Origin: Rhizodiscina lignyota
Lineage: Eukaryota
NCBI GenBank assembly: GCA_010015805.1
Contig: ML978133.1
Location: 1-64,000, forward strand
Reading direction: 5' to 3'
DNA length: 64,000 bases
The position numbers and the translations under genes are program-made. Under the pieces are notes generated by a model that saw only the letters and a program-made list of their open reading frames with translations, searched no databases and was not told the origin of the DNA. This document shows, one piece after another, positions 47,356 through 58,525 of the stretch (position 1 is its first letter; each line of letters starts with the position of its first letter).

Positions 47356-48420
47356 GGCCACTCATCAAGGCTTGCAAAGCCGGCGTCGACGCGATTCCAT
47401 AGTCATTGGCCGTGTTCTGGTGACTGAAGAGAGTTCTGCATCCTCAAGGTGATCAAATGTCGCGAGTCTGCTCGGATTGGGAGGATGGGTTCCTAAAAGA
47501 ATATATCAGGTATGTCGATGTCATCAGGAATTCCGTAGTCAAGTGGCGGTATTTTCCGTGTGGGAGGCGCCGCATGACGATCGTTTTGGGGTACCGAGAA
47601 CTGATAGTAAGCCCCGGTCTCTTGGGTCGCATTGCACCCTAACTTAGGTGCGGAAACGTTGGAATCACACTGGGGCATTGATGCTCTTTAATACTTCGGC
47701 ATCTCTCGCATTTAAAAGGGCTTAAGAGCTCGGAAATAATATGGAATCAACAGGCGAGCTGGTTACCGAGTTCAGCATATATCAGCGAACCGGAGACGGT
47801 CCGCAATAAAACGCCTTCTGCCTCGTGGGCCTATTTCTGCATTGGGCAAATGGTAGAGTTCAATCACCACTCACCTTGAGTTCGGACGACGCTGCTCGGA
47901 AAAGTTCTTCACTGGCGCTGATTGGCGACTTCTCTAGGCCATAACATGCTTTCGATAGCTTCCAGAGCGTGGTATGTTACCCCATTCGGCTAATGGACGA
48001 GTATCACTTTGTAAAAGCGGGAAAAGCTTCAGGTATTATTTCCTGCGCCATCCAGAGGCTCGATACGTAAATGTAAAATGCCATCATTTCAAAGAACGGG
48101 ACGGCATTGTTTGCTACTACATGTCCCATTCAAGTTTCATACTCGAGGTGGAAAGGGACATCAAATATACCCAAACGTAGGTAGGTACAAAGAGACCAGG
48201 CGTCACAGCAACAAGATGTCATTCTACTACCACAAAATTTCTCTGATACTTCCGCTTTCGGCTAGAGCCTGCATCCATGAAGCTGAGTAGAAAGAAATAT
48301 TAACTTTAACTGGAACCGGATGCGTTCAGATCTCCGACTCCGATTTCTTATTTGTTGGGTCGCAAAAAGCGTGACACCTTCTTCCCTTTTCGTCCCATTT
48401 TGCGAGACACCACAATATTT

Positions 48421-50007
48421 TCACTCAGATCCGCTCAATTCGTACCCTCCGTATCCATCTCCGCCCAACGCCAAGTCTCCATGTCTGCTCCAACCTTCTT
48501 TCTTATTAAGCCAGTCGCCGCCTAGGAACTGCCTAATGCAAGTATCCATGGGCTTCCGCTGCGGAGATTCCAACGGCACGAGCTTGTAGAAATTCTCGTC
48601 AAGTCCGGTAGGCTCGCAATCGCAACGCCCTGCCGAGTGAGGAGGACAGTGGCTGGAATGCGAAAGTATGAGCAATCAGGCCTGCTAAGCGGAATAGGCT
48701 AGGGCAATACGAACCGATTGATATCATGCTGGTAGCCAATATCTCGGAAGAACCACACTTCTCGCTTTGGAGCAAACATAGCGACGCTTAGAGTGTGTAT
48801 GGGAGCATCGCCGAATCGTTCGTAATAAAAGCCGCCGCCTTTGTCCAACCAGTCGAAGTACTTTTCGTTGGCCTCCGACCGAAAGAATCTGAGATCTCCA
48901 ATCTCGAAATTTGAAAAGAACTGGCAGTTGTTATACTCACCGGAGTTGTGCGGATCCAAGAGCCAGTCAAGGTCTGCCTCTGGATGTACGAGCTCGGGAA
49001 ACTTATTGATGAATGCTCTTGTTCTGCTCCACAGTGAAGGAAAGCTTCTGGCATCATCCAATATGTTCATGTTGAAACCATACTTGATCTTGTTGTCCCT
49101 CATGAAACGGAATACATCATAGTCGATGTCGCAATAGAAGTGCACATCCGGCTCCACCCGCCAGTAGAAATCAAAATCGAGCAACCGGGGATGCTTGTAG
49201 AAGAACCCACTGTTCCAACGGCACATGTGGCGATAGCTCACTAGCCAGCCTTTACCCACGCCGATGGCTCCCAGGTATTCAAGAGAGTTCATGAATCGGC
49301 TTTCATCGATAAAGTCCGGGAGTGACCAGTGCTCGATAGGCAGGATCTCATAGTAGCATGGCGCAGATGTAGCGTTTGAGGTAGCACTCTGTCCGAATAT
49401 TGTCAGCTGCCCTCTCAATTGGCCCGCTCTTGGTGGACCGTACCTTAAACTCTTCAGAAAAAGGCTCATCGTTGAAGAATATCCAGGGATACTGGTACTT
49501 ATCGTTCCACCTGTACTCCAGTTGTCGAATACTCTGTAGGATCCCGTCAAGCTCCGAATTCCTAACCAAGCTGATGAGGGCTGCCTTCGGTCGACGTCGG
49601 GCTCCACTTGTTCCCCAGATCGAGCGCCTAACGTGCCATTTGTTATTGGAGTTCTCCTCAAGCCAGTGCACAGGATCAGGGAGATGCTTTTGCGGCTGTT
49701 CTGAAGACGATGTCGGCCGAATAACGGACGTTTGAACCGTTGCTGGAGCGGTGTTGTGGGATGAAAAAGGTGGGACGAGCCAGATAAGTAAGGAGAGCAA
49801 GAGAATGAGGACGACGGCAGCGTTCTTTCGGAGGAGAGGCACCCTCGATGGTGAGGAAGTGATTCGCGATGATGTCCATTTTTGTCTGAAGAGCGGTGGT
49901 GATCGTCCGGGTGAGGACCAGAAGGTTGTTGAGGAAAGGGAATCAGCTGAAGAGGGCGAGGAAGGCTTGTATGCTGGGAAAGTAAAACCTCGTTTAGTTC
50001 CTGCCAT
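48421..50007 (-). CDS. Alpha-1,2-mannosyltransferase, GT15 (Kre2/Ktr family); introns 49443-49389 and 48714-48653
   Basis: Type II membrane anchor, AALISLVRNSEL, YPWIFFNDEPF, SYRHMCRWNSGFF, YWRVEPDV, FFSNFEI, GGFYYERFGDAP. Confidence 0.93.
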
Positions 50008-50367
50008 CCTGATACATAGGACTTCAGTGATGAACAAGGGGAACTTTCAACTTAAAGTGTCATGCAACCTTGGATGTGAGGTCAGGTCAAGTTCGGCATG
50101 TTTGCAACTTCCTGTTGCAGTGCTCCTGCATCTGTAGTCTTTAGCCCCGCAACTGCACACTTAGATCATGATACAAACAAGATGAGCACAAAATTGCAAA
50201 GATGATTTGGAGAACTCGTCAATCATATCGAGCCATCCACGGATGCTATTTTATCTTACAAGTCGAGTTACCTGTTCAGAGAGCCCAGAGGTCTTCCTCA
50301 GTGGCCCTTACCGCCGGGTATGATATGCCGTGAAGCCGAACGCCATGCTTCAAAACACTAAGCAGGA

Positions 50368-53300
50368 TTACATGTCCTCGACCATGTTATCCGCTGGTTC
50401 CTCAGTAACGCCAAGTAGTCGAGCATACGGCACAGTGATGCGCTGTAGGTCGCGATGTTTACCTTTGTCAACAGTCAGTAACCGACGCAACCGTAGAGAA
50501 GAGGGATTCGACTTACCGAGAATCAGAACAACTTCCTTCAGCAACTCCTGCCTGTCCCATCCACATATCATCTCGCCCTTCGCATGCCATCCTTTGCCCT
50601 CAGCATCTTCCACGCCAACCTCCTTGCCCTCTTCGTCAAAGATGTCACCGAGGAGACTCCGTAGAAGCTCCTCAATCTTCCCCTTGTGGCCCTCCGCACC
50701 CAATCTCTTGGCGTACATCAGCAAGTAAACGCGGAACTCCCCTCTAGCCCCTAACGTCATTGCACCTGCGACCCTGTTCTCTAGATGCGCAATTGACACG
50801 CCTGCCTCGAAACCTTCGAAGCCCTCAGCAACTAACAGAGCCTTGATGAGTCGCTGGAGGAAGTATGCGCGTCCTCTGAGCAGCGTATGGTTCGTGGTAT
50901 TGCGCTCTAATAACGGAATGATGCCTGCCGAGATGTTCTCGATCGAAACCTCATCCACTCCATTTGCCGCCTCTTTCCCACCTTTCGTTGTTTTCACATT
51001 GTCGACAGAGCCGCCGTCGGCAGTATTCCAGTATTGGCTGCCGACCGCCCACCAAGGTTCTGAAATGCGTTGCCAGATGTACATCAACGGAGAATACGTA
51101 TATCCAGTACCGTCTGACATAGCTATAATCATCCTACCTTCTGTATTCAGACGAGCGAAGATGATTCCAGGCGAGGACGTAAGATGTGGGCCCTGAGAGT
51201 GCACAGCAGTGTCCAGAACCGGAGCCAGAGATACTGGAGGGTGAGGGGAAGACAGCGTCTTGATGTTCCAAACATAGCACTGACCGACGGCAGAGATACA
51301 GAGCAGCCACCATCCTCGGCAGTCCATGATAACCGGGGCAGCTTCGAGTACCAGGGCATTAAGAAGGCGTCGTCCGCCAGGCGTCCACACATAAATCGAG
51401 CCATCTTCACAAGCCGCGGCCCAGAAGTGTGGGTTACCGGTCAGAAGTAATACCGACCTGGGCAGATAATCCTGCCATAAGAACTGCCCTTGCTTTGTGC
51501 AATTGATTCTTGCGGGATCCCGGTCCTGTGGACGCCCAGTTCTTGCTGGACCGGACGCATTTCGTGCCTCAAGAATGACTCTCTCTTCTGTACGATCCGT
51601 CATGGGATCAGTAGTATCTTTAGGCGGTTCACTGCCATCGATCGTCCGCATGATGACATTTCGCACTAAAGGAACTGCCAACCGTATTTGGCTTACCGAC
51701 AGTGCTGGGTTGATAATGGCAGGCCGAAGAGCTGCCACCGCATCACTCTGGTCCTGAGGTTTCGATGCCAAACGTGGGGGAAGCAGACCATCGGGGCCAT
51801 TCATCACGATTGGCGCAGCTCCGTTCTGCACCGCAGCAGATAATCGCTTCTCGGTGCGTCGCTCCTCGTCACCTTCAATTTCAGCAAACTTGCGTTTGTT
51901 GCCGACCATGAGAGCCGTCAACCCACCCTTCGGGAACCCGTCGTATGGCTTGGATAAGTCGAGGGTGGAATGTGGTGTATCGCTCGGACCGCCGCGAGCC
52001 TGTGTTCCACCAGATACCAGCTGTGTTTGCGGAAGCGATGATTCAGCTAGACCAGAGGACGATGACACAAGCAGGGGCCGTATCCGCTTCTTTCCATCTT
52101 TCGTAATCTCCACTCTCTGCTTCAACTTGTCGACTCGTGGATCTGGTGGAGGTTGCTGAGGGACTGATGGCGCTTCCTGACCATTTGGTGCAGGAACTGG
52201 CTCTGGGATTGGTACAGTGCCATTGGAAATACCGTTGGCCTTTGGCGCTTCCTTAGCCCCATTGACTCCTGGTCCATGATCTCCCATCAATTCACCCATT
52301 CGTCCCTGCACGCCTTTCAGCTCACCCGCTTTACTGCTGTCTTCTAGGAGCAATGCATCCGTTCCTTCGATAATGCCGGCCTTCCTGCCAGCGCCATATC
52401 TTGACAGAGACTTCTCATTTTCTTGGATTGGTGCAGCATAACCCAACTCGCCAGGCTCAAACACTGCGGCTTGAATGGAGCCATCCAAGCTGCAGACGAA
52501 CAGCGTCTCACCATCAGGTGCCCAAGCAAGATCGGTAGCAGCCTTCGAGACGATGTCCTGCGCAATAACGAAGGGCCTCGCATAGCTTGTGTTCCAGACA
52601 CTAAGAGCCTTGTCTTGTCCAGCGCAGGCAATGACTGTCACAGATGGAATGTTCGCACCATGCGCCTCCATTTGCTCTTTGCTGACAGGTTCCCTGTAGA
52701 ACATTCTCGGAGAGAACGAGCAGACCTCTACCGGACCTTCGTGCCCAATCAGATTGATATTGCTGTCCCAACTGCCACGGTCTATAATTGCGACAGAGCT
52801 GACAGGTCCATTTGTCGCATTCGCCGCGCCAATGTGATTGCCATCCGGTGACCACGAACATCTTCGGAAGTATGTGGTGAGAGGAGAGGAGATGAAGGGT
52901 GTCTGGATCGACTGCTCAAGAACGAAATTGTTCAGTTGATCGTGCGCTGTCGCGTTCGGCGGGGGCGGGGTCCATCGGAAGATTTTGATTGTACGGTCAT
53001 CGCTCGCTGTGGCAAAATATTTGTTCGCAGGGTCGAATGTAATGCCTTTGACGTGACTTTGGTGTTGCGACAGCGTCTTCAGCTTCTCGAATGTGTGGCC
53101 TGACCAGACCACGACTTTCGAATCGAGGCCGACCGAGACCAGTATTGAGGAATCGTGCGACCACCCAAGGTCTTGCACATCGTTGTCGTGTCCAATTAGG
53201 CGGCGAATGACACGCCAATTTTCGACTGGAGGAGGCTCGTTCGTTCCTGAGCTATCATCAGCTTTGCTCACCCACACTGCGCCTAAGCCACATACCAAAA

Positions 53301-53777
53301 GTAGCGCCATGAGACGGAGGATTTGGATCTAACGAATAGACGCAAACAATCTTGTCATCTGCGCCAGACGCTAGATACTTGTTGTTGCCCGAGAACCGCA
53401 CCGCGTGGATTGTGCCTGAGTGGTTGCTAATAGCCGCCAACTGCTTTGGGCCCGTAAAGTTGGGTTCTTGAGATTTGAATAGAGCATCGATTGACCATAT
53501 TCGAACGTGTCCGTCTGTAAGAACTCTTAGTATCGCGTGATGGACTGAGTGTGGTGGCAGGACGATCTGAAACTCGTCTGGAATGTATTCGTACCTCCTC
53601 CTGCTGTTACAAGGCGCTTGCCATCCGGGGAAACGTGGCAGGAATAAACCTCATGATCCTTCAGCTCACCTGCAAAGCGGTCAGCGACTGTGCAAAAGAA
53701 GCGCGACGTTGCGCGCACGAGCGGAGTGGAATGTACAAACCTCCGTGAACTAGCCAGCTTGGCTTGACGATATGCAT
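50368..53777 (-). CDS. HIR1: Histone chaperone/transcriptional repressor Hir1 (HIRA; WD40, B motif, Hira domain); introns 53740-53670, 53594-53515, 53295-53247, 50516-50463
   Basis: MHIVKPSWLVHG start, GHDNDVQDLGWS, HVKGITFDPANKYFATASDDR, YFRRCSWSPDG, B motif ITKDGKKRIRP, SIAHLENR. Confidence 0.95.
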
Positions 53778-54063
53778 TTCCGCAAAGGGGCTTGGGCCTT
53801 GCTCGCATACTCGAAGAGAGCGAGTAAAAGGGACGCGATCGGATGACCAGGCGGAATATAGGCGGTGGTGGAGGTTTCTTTGATGGTGTTTCCAAAGTTC
53901 GCGAGTATTGTCGCAGGTGCAGCGCAGGCGCTTTGACGCGAAGCTTCCTAGCGGCCTTGGCGCATATCATTTTGTGGGACGTCGATCTGGAGGTCGAACA
54001 AACCCTATGCAAACTTCCGCTACCCTCGCAGATTTAAGAATTCCTTCATCAGAGCCTCCGAAA

Positions 54064-56342
54064 ATGACTCTTGAGGATTTCGAGAGAGAACTTGCGGCCA
54101 GTAAAGCTGCCGACGAGCGCAAGAATCGGGAGCGGAGTCGCGATCGTGAAGCACGTCATACAAAGGTACGGCATATTCCTCTATTTCAAGATATTTCCGA
54201 ATCAATGGGCACGAATACTAATTGATTTTGTTTGTAGCGTGAGAAGGACAGGCACCACAAGCATGATCACCACCATAGCTCGCGTCGCCATTCCTCCCAC
54301 GATCGCGACTACGACCGCGAATCCAATCACAGACACAAGCGTCGCCGGCATGATGACGACGAAGATCGCGAGCGGCGCAGAGAGGACAGACACTCTAAGC
54401 GAGACCCGGGAGAAGAGAGTCGCTCAAAGCGGATACGACCATCACGCACACAGCCTGAAGACGATGATGAAGAATATGTTGAGCCTGGAACAAGTGGACC
54501 TAGGGAAGATGAGGAGCTGGATGAACGACTCGCAGAGTCGGAGGAGCTTGATTTGAAGCGTGACGATTGGATGCAGGTACCATCGGCATTGGATGTTGAC
54601 TACGTTCAGCGTAACAAACCACCACCGAAGGCTGCGCATACCAAGTCAGCAAGAGACGAGTATGAGCTCAAGATACATGAGAAGGAACTCAATCACCAGC
54701 TCAGAGACGTCAAAGATGCGAATGATCCGTCGATCGCTGTTACTGATGAGCTGGCGCAGCATGAGGTCTCCTACGAATTTGGTGATTCAGGTTCACAATG
54801 GCGGATGACGAAGTTGAAGGCAGTCTATCGCCAGGCGGAAGAGACAGGAACCTCTGTAGAAGAAATTGCGCTTGAACGATATGGTGGTTTGCGAGAATTC
54901 GATGATGCAAGGGAGGAAGAGATAGAGCTCGATCGTCGAAAGACGTATGGCAAGGAATACGTCGGCAAAATCAAGCCTAGTGGAGAGCTCTTTCAGGAAA
55001 GGAAGATGGCAATGGGTATCCGACGACAATCGTCGAAGCACGAGTCGTCCGAGCAATCCCATCCGGTTGAACAAGGCCGCGTTTTCGAGGAGCAGCCTCC
55101 ACTGACAAAGACAATCGCCCTTGATCAGACGGCGCTGAACAAGTTGAAGGCGCAAATGATGAAGGCTAAGTTGAGAAAAGCATCAAATGCTGCTGATCTT
55201 GAGGCCGAGTACAATAATGCACTGGCTGCAGCTGCCAATCACAAGGAGCCGGAAGTAGTAGTTCTCAGTGCGATGGACAGCCGCATGCTCGCTGGCGGAC
55301 GGAAGGGTGAAGTCAATGCACTCCAAACTAAGCGCGGAAAAGAGAGAGGTCTGGTCGAAGAGAACGAAGATATGAGCGTTGAGGACATGGTGCGACAAGA
55401 ACGACGGACACGCGGACAAGCAGGTGGTTCTGGACTGGAAATGGCGGAGCGTATCGCTAAGGACGCAAAATTCGATGTAAGTTGCCTTGAGATGTTGTCG
55501 AGTACTGCAACTGACAATGTTAGAACGATTTGGATTACATGGACGAGAACGCCGAAAAGCTCTCCAAAAGAGTTGTCCAATCCGATATCAACCTCCGTAA
55601 CACAGCGATCGGCGATTTCCAGAAGATGAACCGTATCCTTGAGAACTGTCCTCTTTGCCACCACGAAGACAAGGGCACGCTCCCCATCGCTCCAATCGTC
55701 TCTCTTGCAACGAGAGTATATCTCACCCTTCCCACCGACCCGGAGATCAGCGAGGGTGGGGCTTGCATAGTTCCCATTCAACACCGTATCAATCTGCTTG
55801 AATGTGACGATGACGAATGGGAGGAGATTCGAAACTTCATGAAGTGCCTCATCCGCATGTACCACGATCAAGGGCGCGACGTCATATTCTACGAGAACGC
55901 AGCTACGCCTCACCGCAAGCGCCACGCTGCCATGGAAGTCGTACCCCTCCCATACAGCCTTGGTGAGACAGCGCCCGCATTCTTCCGAGAGGCGATTCTG
56001 TCTGCAGACGAAGAGTGGACGCAGCACAAGAAGCTCATTGACACGTTGAAGCGGTCCAAAGAGGGTCTGGGAAGGTCTGCGTTTCGCAAGACAATCGCGA
56101 AGGAAATGCCATACTTCCATGTCTGGTTTGAGCTTGATGGTGGAATGGGTCATATTGTCGAGGACGAAAGACGCTGGCCAAAGGGGGATCTGTTTGCCAG
56201 AGAGACACTCGGAGGTATGCTAGACGCTGAGCCGGACGTCATCAAAAGGCAGGGGAAATGGAACCGCAATGACCGCCGTGTAGATGGTTTCAAGAAGCGG
56301 TGGCGAAAGTTTGACTGGACAAGAGTCTTGACCGACGGATAA
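54064..56342 (+). CDS. CWF19: Cwf19 / CWF19L2 family spliceosome-associated protein (CwfJ C-terminal domains); introns 54166-54237 and 55477-55523
   Basis: KRDDWM, GDSGSQWRMTKLK, CPLC, IVPIQH, WEEIRNFMKCL, APAFFREAI, EEWTQHKKLIDT, MPYFHVWF, KFDWT. Confidence 0.92.
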
Positions 56343-57111
56343 ACTGGAGACTAGCTGCATTTGAGACCTTACACCCTCTACAAAGCTCGATGTGCTTTTA
56401 AATATCCTGTCCAGACTATTCACTTGCTGTTTCCGTCATTTCTCACATTTCTCACCATTCTCACCATTCTCGCTTAATATCTTCGGAACGTGGTACGATG
56501 CAATTTTAATCCATTCGAACATGACCAGGATCATCTTCAGCTGTTGGAGGACACCATATCGACACACGCGCGGGACTCGCACGACCTCCTCAATGCGGCC
56601 ATTCAAGATGTGTATGTCATGGTGCGGCATGAGGCGCCAATGTGGCTTCCTTGCGGGAAATGTGCTATGCCATTAGGCCCGGCAACATCAATTTTTGTTA
56701 GAGTGCATCAGCTGCAATACGCACACGTCAACTATTCCTGCTTCTTTCCTTGGAGCGGTTATGTGAGAAAGCCTGGTGTCATGTTCTGTATATACGATAA
56801 GGTTCGATATCCCACTCAACCTTTTCCAGCTTGACCTTGCCAGCCAATTGAGTCAGCTTGAAGTCGAGACTTGTCTAGCAGACTTGCTTGGCAGAGGAGT
56901 TGGCAAAGAGTTGGGTACACAATAAGCCTGCATTGTTCTTGCCGAATGGCTGAGTTCAATTGCAAGCTACGTTGTATGGCGCTTTCCTCGCTCGCTGCTC
57001 CGACGGGCGAGAAATAAACAAACGAACATTTCATCCATCCAGTCTCATGCGAACTTAAATCACATACCACATCGCCTCTGGTACAAGACATTTTCAATAG
57101 CATTCGTCAAT

Positions 57112-58341
57112 ATGCTTCCAGCCGTTGCACAAGTATTATGGCAGCTCACGCACAGCAACTACCTACGGGGCTTCAACGACACCACGATCGTGCTCGCTCG
57201 AGAGATCCTCACAATGCGAGACCTGCCACTCGAATATATCATGAAGTTCTCGATACTGATCGTCATGGCAATTAATGACCCAGACGAGTGGTATGATTCC
57301 GAAGTAAGCCAAGCCCCAAATCTTACGCAAATGACCTTCAAAACTCACACAAGGGCACAGAGTTACCGCCGGATGGCAGAGGACGCATGGAAAATCGCAC
57401 AACTGAATGAGATCGCCCAACGCACAACTGCTGAATTCAGGGCGCACCTTGAGCATTACAGCCGCGTTCTGGACCACCTATGGGATAGACACAGGCTGTG
57501 GACAGACCAGATCGATCCACTGGGGATGATTGAGGCCGAAGACCTCGGACCGAAAATCGTTGAGCCCTACGTCTTCCCACCCTTTCAGAACGCGAATGCC
57601 TTGGATTCCTCCTCGTCTTCCTCTTCATCCTCATCCTCCGATGACCCGGGTGATGGAGGAAATGGTAACGGAAACAATGGCGGGGACGATGAATGGATGA
57701 ACAGTCTCCTTAATCTTGACGACAACCCCGATAATGCTCCTGTTGTCGGTCCCCATACCAACGGCTGTCCTCATAGCCCAGATGGCGGCTGTAATAGCCT
57801 AGCCAATAGCTTGCATGGCGGCCCGCCTCCTAGCCCGTCTGGAAGCTTGCCCAATGGCTTGCCAAATGATAGGCCTATTAGTGGTCTGGTTCTTGGTCCG
57901 GTTCTTTATCCTGTTCTTTGTCCGGTTGGCGGTCCGGTTGGTGGTGCTCGTACCAATGGCGACGCTCATGGCCCAAATCGTTGGTGTGTTCGCCCAACCA
58001 CTAGCTTGTCTATCGGCCCGCCTCCTAGCCCGTCTAATGACGTGCCCGATGAGTTGTCTAATGGTTTGCGCGATGGTGGTCCTGTTGGCGGTCATCATAC
58101 CAATGATAGTGCTCATGGCTCATACAGTCGGTGTAATCGCCGAACCAATTCCTTGCCTAGCGGTGTGCGTCCTAGCCCGTCCGATGGTTTCGCCAATGGT
58201 TCGCACGATGGCATGCTTAGGAGCATACTTGCTAGCCCGCCAAATGGTCTGCTCAACGCCCTACCCAACGGCCTAACCAACGGCTCGCCTACCGTTCCCC
58301 CTCCTAGCCCGCCCAATGACTTACCTAATGGCTTGCATTGA
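57112..58341 (+). CDS. Hypothetical protein with a helical N-terminal half and a Pro/Asn/Gly-rich repetitive C-terminal half
   Basis: 409-aa open frame with ATG and internal repeats. No family recognised. Confidence 0.5.
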   Translation: MLPAVAQVLWQLTHSNYLRGFNDTTIVLAREILTMRDLPLEYIMKFSILIVMAINDPDEWYDSEVSQAPNLTQMTFKTHTRAQSYRRMAEDAWKIAQLNEIAQRTTAEFRAHLEHYSRVLDHLWDRHRLWTDQIDPLGMIEAEDLGPKIVEPYVFPPFQNANALDSSSSSSSSSSSDDPGDGGNGNGNNGGDDEWMNSLLNLDDNPDNAPVVGPHTNGCPHSPDGGCNSLANSLHGGPPPSPSGSLPNGLPNDRPISGLVLGPVLYPVLCPVGGPVGGARTNGDAHGPNRWCVRPTTSLSIGPPPSPSNDVPDELSNGLRDGGPVGGHHTNDSAHGSYSRCNRRTNSLPSGVRPSPSDGFANGSHDGMLRSILASPPNGLLNALPNGLTNGSPTVPPPSPPNDLPNGLH

Positions 58342-58525
58342 AGGCGTGGCTCGTGTGGCTTGGAGGAGTTTGTGATCGTTGAAGGCAAAAGGTTTGAGAG
58401 GATTCAGACAGAGAGAGACTGGAGGACGGAAGGTCGTAGAAAATATAGAATGAGCGGATGTGGGGAAGTCATTGCTTAAGAGATATCATTGTGGAGTCGA
58501 CTGTACACTGCATTGAAGCACTATA

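Noticed and set aside
56441..56471. 9-bp tandem repeat TTCTCACCA and ORF 56490-56834
   Set aside because: Short microrepeat in the CWF19 3' region. The ORF has a GTG start and no motif.
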